Source: a virus. Taken from it: 64,000 nt of DNA. How positions within the stretch are numbered: position 1 is the first letter of the stretch; the number at the start of each line of letters is the position of its first letter. The notes beneath the pieces are model-generated. The model worked only from the letters and a program-made list of their open reading frames with translations, did no database searches and was not told where the DNA came from. Made by a program: the position numbers and the translations under genes. The DNA lies in the IMG/VR virus record IMGVR_UViG_3300025121_000038, positions 16,999 through 80,998 of that record, one strand, 5' to 3'. Below are positions 18,019 to 27,429 of this stretch, one piece after another.

Positions 18019-18192
18019 TGGTGGCGTTTAATGGATGCTACACGCCAAAGTCTAATCATGAACATTAAGGATTCGAACCTCAGTCTCTGAAGAGCGATAA
18101 AGGCCTCCGATGGCTTCGGGATTCGAACCCTCTTTATCGACTTATAACATCAGTGCTCTCCCGTTGAGCTATTTTGTTCATTTTAAAACGCC
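18019..18192 (-). ncRNA. nested tRNA-like RNA with two T loops and terminal ACCA
   Basis: Outer GGCGTTT/AAACGCC-A-CCA; inner cloverleaf with a T-loop module in its anticodon arm. Confidence 0.6.
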
Positions 18193-18539
18193 CCTGCATT
18201 GTTTCAACATAGTTTCTCTCGGGTCAAGAGCTATGCTATGTGTAGATAAAACAATGCTGCATCCAACCCTGCTCTCTGTCAGTCCGGTTTCTCGTGGGTC
18301 ACAAGCTATGCCGGGTTTTACAACAATGAGCTAATACCTACTTAATAAACTCTACTGAGTGGGTTTCAACAAATGACCCTTTATGTATTTTAATACATAA
18401 AGTAGTAAAAGTTGGCCTTGTTAGGGCTCATTTACTCTACACAAATGTTTCTACCTCGTCTAACCTATTATACTACAGTTACATAACTGTAGTATACTCT
18501 AAAATATATAACATATAATAACAAAATATAAGATAAATT

Positions 18540-18925
18540 TGGAGGAAGTTGGTCTTATGAGGACGCGTCCTCCGTTTTTTATTAGTTGCTAACTCTTCTA
18601 AATCTCTACAATGGGTTAGCATTCATTGTAGCGGAAGCATTACTTTCAACAAGCCCTCAGTCACTGTTACACCTTTTACAGTGTCCATCAACGCGTCCTA
18701 AAACGCTCAGACGTACTTTATCAGTACCGTTTTAAGGGCTCTCCAGTTTTTCTTCCGTCGCTCACAAGTGCTTGTCTTTTCCCCGCGTTACTTTGCATTT
18801 CTCGCGATTATTTAAGTCAAAACACTAATTTGCTTTTTTGCCCTTTGGAAGTGGATAATGGCTCGACCCTTTCAGGTATTAGCAACTGGGTCCATTATGC
18901 CGCTTTTGTTCCGCTCTTTACTTCC
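18540..18925 (-). ncRNA. candidate large structured ncRNA ending in CCA (~385 nt)
   Basis: GGAAGT/ACTTCC-T-CCA termini; long-range AGTTGCTAA/TTAGCAACT; many hairpins. Confidence 0.55.
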
Positions 18926-19001
18926 ATCGTTCATATAATACTAACGAACTACTATCAAAGTTAATCAGAGAGATTCTAAATTATTTTAAAATTATCCAAA
19001 A

Positions 19002-19292
19002 TCATTCAGACAAATTCTTGAACCCAGGTAAAAATCGAACCCCCACCGTCGCAACAATAGAAGGTCTCCATACCATGCCACATTTTTGACATGCATGAGT
19101 ATGATGTGCTTTTGTTTCAAACTCACCCGTATCTATATGTCTTTCGCCACATGAAGGACACCATAGCAACATCGGTATAGGCCTGGACAATACAAAGACT
19201 GCCTCTGTAAGGTCTTTTAAAGTAAACAGTACAGGGGCAGTCTTAATAGTTTCTACGCCCTCAATTATCTTGCGCAGATAGTCCTGGTTCAT
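19002..19292 (-). CDS. zinc-binding hypothetical protein
   Basis: CPSC...HHTHACQKC. Confidence 0.7.
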   Translation of the reverse strand: MNQDYLRKIIEGVETIKTAPVLFTLKDLTEAVFVLSRPIPMLLWCPSCGERHIDTGEFETKAHHTHACQKCGMVWRPSIVATVGVRFLPGFKNLSE

Positions 19293-20482
19293 ACATTACC
19301 AATATTAGTGATCACCCCAGCCCCAATGGTACGACTACCTTCTCTAACCGCGAAGCGAGAGTTCACCTCAAAGCCAGCTGGTTTATTCAGTTCAACCTTG
19401 ATAGTAGTACGGTCACCTGGGTTGACACACTCTAACCCTTCTGGAAGAGTGATTACCCCAGTAACATCTGTAGTACCGAAATAGAATTGAGGTCTATACC
19501 CACTCTTGAATGGTTTCTCACGACCCCCTTCTTTTGCGGTCAAGGTATAAAACTCAGCCTCGAATTTTGCATTGCTTCTAATAGACCCAGGAGCGGCCAA
19601 AACTTGACCTCTCCGTATCTCGTCTCTCTTAACCCCACGGAGCAACATACCGATGTTCATACCAGCAAGACCTTCCGGTACATCTTTACGGAACATCTGG
19701 ACTCCTGTAACGACTACCTTTCTGGGTTTGCCACCCTCGTCTTCGGTAAGACCTACTATCTCAACCTCGTCTCCGATCTTGACCTTACCACGGTCAATAC
19801 GGCCTGTAGCTACCGTACCACGCCCAGATATTGTAACAACGTCTTCTACCGACATTCGGAACGGAGAGTCCATATCTCTAACAGGCTCTGGAATAGTATT
19901 GTCCAAAGCATCCATCAATTCTGGGATGGATCCGATCCAAGGGCTAGTCCAGTCTCCTGCATTAGCCGCTTCAAGAGCCTTAAGAGCGGATCCTCTCACG
20001 AACTTGACATCAGTATACCCATAGCTCTCGAGGATTTCGTTTGCTTCCATTTCTACGAGAGACAAGAGCTCTTCGTCTTCACAACGATCAACTTTGTTCA
20101 CGAAAACAACGATATGCTTTACCCCTACTTGAGATGCAAGCAATACGTGTTCCTTGGTTTGGGGCTCAGGTCCTTGAGATCCATCGACCAAAAGTATAGC
20201 ACCGTCCATCTGAGCAGCACCCGTGATCATGTTCTTGATGTAGTCAGCATGTCCTGGACAGTCAATATGTGCATAATGTCTGTTCTTTGTTACATACTCT
20301 ACGTGAGCGGTATTGATTGTAATACCACGAGCTTTTTCTTCAGGAGCTTTATCTATTTGATCATAGTTAAGGGCTTGCCCACCATGTTCTTTAGCCTGTA
20401 TCTTTGTGATAGCTGCCGTAAGAGTGGTTTTACCATGGTCGATGTGACCTATACTTCCGACTGTTAACATTACTCTACCCAT
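19289..20482 (-). CDS. tuf: elongation factor Tu with atypical (replacement) N-terminus
   Basis: [26 protein letters not shown]; GGAG before ATG at 20482. Confidence 0.96.
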   Translation of the reverse strand: MGRVMLTVGSIGHIDHGKTTLTAAITKIQAKEHGGQALNYDQIDKAPEEKARGITINTAHVEYVTKNRHYAHIDCPGHADYIKNMITGAAQMDGAILLVDGSQGPEPQTKEHVLLASQVGVKHIVVFVNKVDRCEDEELLSLVEMEANEILESYGYTDVKFVRGSALKALEAANAGDWTSPWIGSIPELMDALDNTIPEPVRDMDSPFRMSVEDVVTISGRGTVATGRIDRGKVKIGDEVEIVGLTEDEGGKPRKVVVTGVQMFRKDVPEGLAGMNIGMLLRGVKRDEIRRGQVLAAPGSIRSNAKFEAEFYTLTAKEGGREKPFKSGYRPQFYFGTTDVTGVITLPEGLECVNPGDRTTIKVELNKPAGFEVNSRFAVREGSRTIGAGVITNIGNV

Positions 20483-20583
20483 CTTTTTCTCCAAATTTAA
20501 TTTACCACAGAACAACTAACGGATAATAACAATATTCCTTTTATGAAGTACTTCATCGAACCTAAAATTCATGGAGACTTCAT

Positions 20584-21501
20584 TTGCCAAATAACATTTC
20601 TACACGCACTAGGATTTGTCCAAATTGTCAAAACTCATATCTCTTAAATGTGACTATTGACGGAGAACGAATAGCCCTCCACAAACGTAAATATTGCTTA
20701 GATTGTTCTCCTTTTATCAAAGGTAGCAACAAAATAAGTAACCGAAAGACCTTAGAAAAACACAACAAGTCTGAATCTTTTTGCAAAGAATGTAACTCAA
20801 TAAAACCTATAGATCAATTCTATTTTAGGCACAGTGGACTACCCTTGTCTATCTGTAAAAAATGTCATCACGAAGAATCTAAACAACAAACTAAATCTTA
20901 TAAGGAGCAGGCAGTCGCTTATAAAGGCGGATCCTGCGAGCTTTGTAATTATAGCAAATGTTTAGATGCAATGGACTTTCATCACAAAGACCCTACTCAA
21001 AAAGATTTCACTTTTAGTAGAAGATTTCCATGTTTCAAAACAGCTAAACCAGAACTCGATAAATGTATGCTCTTATGTGCCAACTGTCACCGCGAAGAAC
21101 ATCAGCGTATGGCAGACATAGATTTTAAAAATTCTGACCACGGGCAGCTTGACCCATTAGGCCATAGATGTCGTAGATGCAACCTACATAAAACTATAAA
21201 TTCTTTCCCTATAGATAAAGGAATACCAAAACCTTGGTGTAAGTCATGTACTCGTTTATATGGTAGACAAGGTAGAGCAAAAATCAAACAAGAAATTATC
21301 TCCTATAAAGGAGGGGTTTGTGAAATATGCTCCTATAACAAAAACATTGCTGCATTAGATTTACATCACAAAGACCCAACTCAAAAATCTTTTGGCATTG
21401 CCGAAATGAGAGATAAATATCTCTCTGAAATCAAAGATGAGGTAGATAAGTGCATTTTAACCTGTGTAAACTGCCATAGAGAACAACACGTTAAACCTTA
21501 A
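20584..21501 (+). CDS. tandem-domain HNH endonuclease
   Basis: Two YKGGxCExC...HHKDPTQK...CxNCHRE units; related to 8306-9157. Confidence 0.9.
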   Translation: MPNNISTRTRICPNCQNSYLLNVTIDGERIALHKRKYCLDCSPFIKGSNKISNRKTLEKHNKSESFCKECNSIKPIDQFYFRHSGLPLSICKKCHHEESKQQTKSYKEQAVAYKGGSCELCNYSKCLDAMDFHHKDPTQKDFTFSRRFPCFKTAKPELDKCMLLCANCHREEHQRMADIDFKNSDHGQLDPLGHRCRRCNLHKTINSFPIDKGIPKPWCKSCTRLYGRQGRAKIKQEIISYKGGVCEICSYNKNIAALDLHHKDPTQKSFGIAEMRDKYLSEIKDEVDKCILTCVNCHREQHVKP

Positions 21502-21544
21502 TCTCCACGTGTCCTACCGTCCCTGTGTTAACATGAGTCTTCAT
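21491..21544 (-). pseudogene. tuf: stranded original 5' end of tuf
   Basis: AAAGGA, then MKTHVNTGTVGHV, matching the canonical EF-Tu N-terminus. Confidence 0.85.
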
Positions 21545-21632
21545 AAGGTCCTTTCTAGGTTTTTTGATTATGCAAACATTTGGATTCGAACCCTTGACCT
21601 ATTTAGTCATCATACCTATCTCATATGTCTGC

Positions 21633-21711
21633 TGGTGCCGGAAGTGGGGTTCGAACCCACACTGTCCACCTTCTGAAGATGGCGACTCCTTGCCAATTGG
21701 TCTATTCCGGC
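21633..21711 (-). tRNA. tRNA-Leu(CAG), short variable loop
   Basis: CCATC-TTCAGAA-GGTGG; CCA. Confidence 0.86.
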
Positions 21712-21717
21712 ATATAT

Positions 21718-22178
21718 TTATTCTACTGTCGTAACATAAGTACGAACAATACGTTCATATCTCTCAAGCCTTACTAACTTTATTCTGATATTATTTTTCT
21801 CCCCAAATTCGACAGCTCGTTGTTTCAACAATTGTAACACTCTTTGATTTCTTAGAGTAAAGTCTCCTTCATCTTCTGTATCTGAGCTAAAAAGATTGCT
21901 ACATCTTTGCAACCTTCTCCAGTTATAGTACAAACAACAGACCCGTATTCACTATACACATAATCGAGTTCAAATATGGGATCATACTCTTTAGATTCTG
22001 GAAAATGCTTATGCCAGAATTTCTTGGCATCCTTTGCATATTTCTCACATTTCCCATGGTAGTGTTCGCCAACATAACCAGTAAGATATGAGGTCATATC
22101 TCGTTCGAAATTACCAGCATAACTGTCCGTCTCTATGATCAATGCCTGTGATATTTGTTTTGCAAAATTTGATACCAT
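21718..22178 (-). CDS. hypothetical protein split by a frameshift in a T run (about 21889-21893)
   Basis: ORFs 21852-22178 and 21718-21933 join as ...DVAIF/FSSDTED... if one T is added. Confidence 0.55.
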
Positions 22179-22541
22179 TTAATCCTCCATCAGATCATAC
22201 CAGGAAACAATAGGCTGAGCAAAAGCTTTCAAGTTAGACATGTACGTATCTAACTGACCTTTCAATCTAATTCTTTCTTCATCTTCCAATCCAAACTGGA
22301 TTGCGTCTTCTAATGAGTCATGTTCACTAGAAGATCCATTCTCTTGTCAGCCCCATCCAGTATAATCACAACCAGCTCTGACTACACCATATTTGCCATT
22401 CTGAAGACAAAATAGACCTATCCAATTAGGTCCATCATTATCTCCATCTTCTTGAGCTATAGACTCAATGACGTCTTCTCTTGAAAAAGAAGCATATTTG
22501 AAAACTTCTGCCCAATCGGAATCGTCAATATCTAATATCAT
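22179..22541 (-). CDS. 120-aa protein with in-frame UGA (codon 65); candidate selenoprotein
   Basis: ...AGCDYTGWG*QENG... stays open 55 more codons to a TAA abutting the next ATG; 11-bp hairpin begins 13 nt after the UGA. Confidence 0.7.
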
Positions 22542-22550
22542 AAATCCTCC

Positions 22551-22627
22551 TGGTGCCTCTCCTCAGATTTGAACTGAGACTGTGTAGATTTTGAGTCTAC
22601 TGACTCTAACCGTTGGTCTAGAGAGGC
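22551..22627 (-). tRNA. tRNA-Leu(CAA), short variable loop
   Basis: GTAGA-CTCAAAA-TCTAC; CCA. Confidence 0.87.
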
Positions 22628-22823
22628 TTTTAAGGGAATAGGTTATCACCCTTTATGCACGAATCAACCTAGACGTGCTTTCAGAAATTGATTGATCGGA
22701 ACCAATTTCCACAATGTCCCTCGTTCTATCCGATCCTGAGTATTAAACTACATCCGCAACTATGGGCATAATGCCGTGTCTCAAACCGGATGCCAGGATT
22801 TCATACCTGGATTAAGGGCCTAA

Positions 22824-22906
22824 TGCGAGAGGTGGGATTCGAACCCACACGATCTTTCGATCGCCAGCCCCTCAAGCTGGTGCGGCTACCATTACGCCAC
22901 TCTCGC
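22824..22906 (-). tRNA. tRNA-Leu(GAG), long variable arm
   Basis: CCAGC-TTGAGGG-GCTGG; CCA not encoded. Confidence 0.9.
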
Positions 22907-22910
22907 ATAT

Positions 22911-23234
22911 TTATCGTCTGCTGCTTCGAAATCTGGGTCTAGGATCATGAACGTGTGAACCTTTTTTATCCAAAACAGTCACAATAGCTTTTTCTATACA
23001 TACGAAAACACAATCATCACTAACATAGAAACTATATTTTCTATCATAACCATACCGTTCACCAAGATAAATCATGAAAGGAGTGTTATTCAAATATGTT
23101 CTGTCTTCTTTAGACCTTTTATATAATTCAACAGCCACTGCTTTATATACGTCGCCATCAAATTCATCAACCTTTTTTGGAAACCGTTCTTTAAATCGAT
23201 TTAAGGCATGATATCTAAAACTAAAAGACTTCAT
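22911..23234 (-). CDS. hypothetical protein (HALxRFxER motif)
   Basis: YHALNRFKERF...IVTV; a similar motif occurs in 50947-51414. Confidence 0.65.
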   Translation of the reverse strand: MKSFSFRYHALNRFKERFPKKVDEFDGDVYKAVAVELYKRSKEDRTYLNNTPFMIYLGERYGYDRKYSFYVSDDCVFVCIEKAIVTVLDKKGSHVHDPRPRFRSSRR

Positions 23235-23413
23235 TTCAGTCTACCAAGTTTTTAGTGTTCCTTCTACTTTTAATCTTTCATGATCAGACATCTTGTACCA
23301 CAAAACATCCAGTTCATCTAGCAAATCATCTTCCTCTTTTGAATCGATTCCGTTATTCTTTCTACGTATCTCTAAAACTTGTTTTGCTAATGCTAAACAT
23401 GCCTCAACTAACA

Positions 23414-24169
23414 TCATATCTCCACAACGAAGTCAGATATAAAACCTGACTTCTCTTTAGGGTAACCTCGGGGGTTAGACACAATCCTAGTCTGTCCTAA
23501 CATGTAATCATTATGATCATGTATATGACCGTGTATCCATAACTCAGGTTTAAAGGTTTCGATATATGTCTCCATGTTAGAGGCATATGTTGGAGACAAC
23601 TCATCGGATTTCCACCCAGGCTCTAAAGACTTGGCACTTGGAGCATGATGTGTAATAACAACCTTCTTACCTGTATACGAACTATCTATCTGTTTTTCCA
23701 ACCAAGATTTAGAAAATGCATTTATAGCTGCTGTATCTCTTGTCCTAAGTTTCCTAAAGTCTGAACTAACACGTATTTTTCTGTAGTCATTCATTCGATC
23801 TTGAGCGGCAGTATAACTAGAGACCGAAGTACCAAAAAGATCAAAATCTGTCCAAAGGGTACACCCATAAAATCTGGTATTATCAATATCTATGAACTCA
23901 TTCTCTAAAAAGATTACGTTCGAGGTTTTGGACGCAGCCTCTCTCAATTTCTCAGCAAACCTAGGATAAGAGTTACTATAATACTCATGATTACCCGCTA
24001 TGTATAGGACCATCTGATTTGGGAAAGACTCAGATGCCCAGAGAATGCCTCGTATACCCTCAATAGTATCACCCGCCAATATGACCACATCTGCGTCTGT
24101 ATTGACAGGTTTATACCAGTGATTGGTAATCCCTATATGTAAGTCTGACATTATCTGTATCTTCACCAT
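23414..24169 (-). CDS. calcineurin-like metallophosphoesterase
   Basis: SDLH, AGD, GNHE, THH, HGHIH. Confidence 0.92.
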   Translation of the reverse strand: MVKIQIMSDLHIGITNHWYKPVNTDADVVILAGDTIEGIRGILWASESFPNQMVLYIAGNHEYYSNSYPRFAEKLREAASKTSNVIFLENEFIDIDNTRFYGCTLWTDFDLFGTSVSSYTAAQDRMNDYRKIRVSSDFRKLRTRDTAAINAFSKSWLEKQIDSSYTGKKVVITHHAPSAKSLEPGWKSDELSPTYASNMETYIETFKPELWIHGHIHDHNDYMLGQTRIVSNPRGYPKEKSGFISDFVVEI

Positions 24170-24182
24170 TGCCCCATAAAAT

Positions 24183-24216
24183 AAAAAGCCCGTCTTCTGT
24201 ATTAGAAGTACGGGCT
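24183..24216 (-). terminator. intrinsic terminator
   Basis: AGCCCGT...ACGGGCT stem with U tract. Confidence 0.7.
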
Positions 24217-24582
24217 CTTAAAGGTCTCAATCTTAACAAGATCCTCTAAGGCCCTCCATCCAACAGATCTTCCAGAGATAGGAAGATCTGTTCTAAACTA
24301 TCTAACGATAGCGAATATGGAATGGTAAGAGATATAGGTACGGAATTAATCATGTAGGCTTAAACTGTTCTTCTGTCGAGAAAGTTGTATCAAGGTCAAA
24401 AGATTTATTCAGAAGGATCTAACAAAAGTTTCTCTAATTCATTAGCTGCTTCAACAGACAAGAATATGGTTGGGACTTGTGTCATACCTGAAACAGCTTT
24501 TAAATACACGGTCCTATATGAAACACCTATACCATGTATAGTAGGGCCGATAGCTAATACATGTTCTGGGTCTATTAGAAAA

Positions 24583-24852
24583 TCACTTACTTGTACAAAC
24601 ATTATTATCCTCTATATGTAGTTCTATGCGTTTATCTAATTTTCCGCCTACGGCTTTCAAAATAGTGTTTATAGTTTCATATGCTCCAGAAGATGTTAGT
24701 TTTTGGTTATCTTTGGCATTTACAGAGAGACGTAAAGTCAAAAAAGACCCCTCATCAACTAAAGAGGAATGAACTTCTGCCGGGCTGTCTACTATAGACT
24801 TGACTAGTTGTTCAAGAAGCTTATCTGGGTTCATGTTTAATATGATTGTCAA
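24583..24852 (-). CDS. KhpA/YlqC-like KH-domain protein (GxxG loop degenerate)
   Basis: LLEQLVKSIVDSP...LSVNAKD...INTILKAVG...RIELHI. Confidence 0.7.
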   Translation of the reverse strand: MTIILNMNPDKLLEQLVKSIVDSPAEVHSSLVDEGSFLTLRLSVNAKDNQKLTSSGAYETINTILKAVGGKLDKRIELHIEDNNVCTSK

Positions 24853-25411
24853 GAGCGTTTAATATTATTTTCCAGATGTAAGTACCAATAGGAGCGGGAG
24901 GTTTTAAAATGTTATTACCTACTGCCAATTCTTGACTAGTAGGCAACCCTCCAAACCAATTAGCAACATTAATAGCTGGTTCCCAAGTATCCCACCCAGC
25001 TATCCACATTTCTACACATAAAGCACGTATGTCAACATGCTTTATCTTTTCTTGCATAGCATGTGTAGGCGGCCATGTAAAACCCAGTGCGGTATGGACT
25101 CTGGCTTCCCACTTTTCTTCAATGGCACAGTAGTCTGGAAGTACTTCTTTCAAACCTTTCGGTAAATCGTTTATATAACTCTCGTGTAGATCATGGGCAG
25201 CACAATAAGCTATCTCTTCTACAGAGTACCCGTATAGCTGAGATAGGCCCGTGCATATAGCACTATGTTGCATAATGCTTACGAGGTTTTGACCGGAGTA
25301 CCTTATATTACGTTGACCGGCGTATATGTCTTCTAAAAGAATTTGAGTTTTCTCTGGGTATAGATACCAAATAGGTTGGCCAGAGGCAGTTCGTATGTTT
25401 GTTTTTTGCAT
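24821..25411 (-). CDS. HD-domain phosphohydrolase (YfbR-like)
   Basis: RYSGQ...SIMQHS...HDLHESYINDLPKGLK. Confidence 0.8.
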   Translation of the reverse strand: MQKTNIRTASGQPIWYLYPEKTQILLEDIYAGQRNIRYSGQNLVSIMQHSAICTGLSQLYGYSVEEIAYCAAHDLHESYINDLPKGLKEVLPDYCAIEEKWEARVHTALGFTWPPTHAMQEKIKHVDIRALCVEMWIAGWDTWEPAINVANWFGGLPTSQELAVGNNILKPPAPIGTYIWKIILNALDNHIKHEPR

Positions 25412-25484
25412 GTGTTTCCTTTTAATTTTAATATCTTATCAAGGAAACATGCAAAAAAGAAAGGCTTATATAAATGTAGGAATA

Positions 25485-25808
25485 TTAGACAGAGAAGCTC
25501 TCTCCACACCCACAAGATTTGGTAGCATTAGGGTTCAGAAACTTAAACCCTGTTTCCATTAATGACTCTACATAATCTAATGTAGTACCAGATAAATATA
25601 TGTGACTTTTAGGATCTACGAATATTTTAAGTCCTTCAATGTCCCATATTAAATCGTCTTCCTCTGGGTCCTCCGCAAACTCTATTAAATAGCTTAAACC
25701 CGAACAACCACCCCCACGGACACCTATCTTAAGTCCGTAATGCGGTATATTATCTTGTTCTTTGAGATATTTGATTTTAGTCGATGCTTTAGGAGTGATA
25801 TTTATCAT
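25485..25808 (-). CDS. iscA: Fe-S cluster A-type carrier
   Basis: GGGCSGLSY...NPNATKSCGCGESF. Confidence 0.95.
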   Translation of the reverse strand: MINITPKASTKIKYLKEQDNIPHYGLKIGVRGGGCSGLSYLIEFAEDPEEDDLIWDIEGLKIFVDPKSHIYLSGTTLDYVESLMETGFKFLNPNATKSCGCGESFSV

Positions 25809-26188
25809 TTGATTTGTTTCTTCTTGTAGTCAGTTATAGCTGCTAATATGGCATCTTGAGACAACACACTGCAATGAATTTTTACAGGAGGAAGAGACAA
25901 CTCTTGAGCTATTTCTTGATTGGATATTTTTGAAGCTTGGTCTAAACTCTTACCATTAATTAATTCAGTCACATAACTAGAACTGGATATCATTGCCCCA
26001 CACCCAAAAGCTTTAAACCTTGCCTCTTCTATTATACCTTTCTCATTCACTCGTATTTGTAATTTAAGTAAGTCCCCACAACTCGGAGCGCCTACTAAGC
26101 CTGTACCTACATTTGGGTCAGACTTATCTAAGGATCCTACATTTCTGGGGTTTTCGTAATGGTCTAAAACTTTTTCGCTGTATGCCAT
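25805..26188 (-). CDS. iscU: Fe-S cluster scaffold
   Basis: MAYSEKVLDHYENPRNVG, GAPSCGD, FGCG, LPPVKIHCS. Confidence 0.96.
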   Translation of the reverse strand: MAYSEKVLDHYENPRNVGSLDKSDPNVGTGLVGAPSCGDLLKLQIRVNEKGIIEEARFKAFGCGAMISSSSYVTELINGKSLDQASKISNQEIAQELSLPPVKIHCSVLSQDAILAAITDYKKKQIK

Positions 26189-26401
26189 GGAGGGTCTCCG
26201 TATATATCGCTTAAACAAAGGTATATACGGAGTATGATTTAAAATAAGGCAGGAAAGTTGCTAAGGATCTCCAGAATCTTTTGAACCACATCCCAAGCCA
26301 CATTTGTCAGCATATTGCACCCAGCTATTGTGTTGAAGGTTGACCAATAACGGGTAAATGTAAGGGCTTTATGGCACAAGTAAAGCAAACTCGTCTAATG
26401 A

Positions 26402-26743
26402 CTATTCATCGTCTAACCGTATTTCTGAAACTTTTTTCCAAGATAAGTTTTTATATACCAAGTCTCTTTCTGGAACATTTAAAACACCATTCTCATCTTC
26501 TATATTTATTAACTCTGAAATGTCTTCCATAGACAATAAAGTGGTAGATAGAATAGATACTCTTTCTTCAGAAGAAAGAGTATCGAAAACTTGGTCTGTG
26601 TAGTCATAATCATAAGCATCAGATAAGTCTATGTTCCAAGGTACTTCTTTATTCCCGTCATGGGTAGGTATTTCTTGTGTTAAGACATACTCTGTTTTAG
26701 ACAGAATTTTTATCTTTTTGATAGTTCTAAGATCAGGCATCAT
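26402..26743 (-). CDS. hypothetical protein
   Basis: ORF track. Confidence 0.65.
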   Translation of the reverse strand: MMPDLRTIKKIKILSKTEYVLTQEIPTHDGNKEVPWNIDLSDAYDYDYTDQVFDTLSSEERVSILSTTLLSMEDISELINIEDENGVLNVPERDLVYKNLSWKKVSEIRLDDE

Positions 26744-27378
26744 ATCCTCACAATACTACGCATGAACTTACTGTTGTTGCGTACCGTGTCATCAATTCTA
26801 TCCGCAACTTCTTCTACAGATAAATAATTATTCCAATCCAAAGTCAATACAGGCACGAAGTTTCCAATTTCTGAGATAAAAGTTTCATACCCTTCATAAA
26901 GATCCTCTAAATAAGAGAGTGGTATACCTGCCTCACAATCCCTTGAACGTTTGTTTATTCTTTCCAAGGCTAGCTCTGGGTACACCTTCAAATATACTAT
27001 AACATCAGGGTATTGAAGAAATCTCTTCATGACGTTGAAATGACTTATGTAGGTGTTATAGTCTCTCTCATCCATCAAACAGTCTCTATAATGCATTCTG
27101 GCAAAGATAGTATCTTCATATATAGTACGGTCTTGTACCACACCAGAACCTATTTGATGACATGGATCCCATATTACTTCTTGATGTTGCTGGTATCTTT
27201 TAGCTAAGAGGAACATTTGCATAGGGAAGGTCCATCTAGACATATCCTTGTAAAAGTCTTCTAAGTATGGGTTTGTTTGAACAGGCTCGTAATAAGCTTT
27301 ATAATTTAGATGTTCCGCTAAAGATTTTGTAAGGGTAGACTTACCGACTCCAATCAATCCAGAAATGCCTATAAACAT
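26740..27378 (-). CDS. deoxynucleoside kinase
   Basis: GLIGVGKST, DRTIYED, RINKRSRDCE lid. Confidence 0.92.
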   Translation of the reverse strand: MFIGISGLIGVGKSTLTKSLAEHLNYKAYYEPVQTNPYLEDFYKDMSRWTFPMQMFLLAKRYQQHQEVIWDPCHQIGSGVVQDRTIYEDTIFARMHYRDCLMDERDYNTYISHFNVMKRFLQYPDVIVYLKVYPELALERINKRSRDCEAGIPLSYLEDLYEGYETFISEIGNFVPVLTLDWNNYLSVEEVADRIDDTVRNNSKFMRSIVRI

Positions 27379-27429
27379 TAAATCCTCTTATATGGTGGGG
27401 TTCTAACAGCATTTTCTGGTCAGGTAGAA

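Noticed and set aside
18540-18925. tmRNA or RNase P assignment
   Set aside because: No T loop, G3:U70, tag frame or RNase P P4 signature recognised; kept as unassigned ncRNA.
19487-20467. 326-aa plus-strand ORF
   Set aside because: Antisense shadow of tuf with no motifs.
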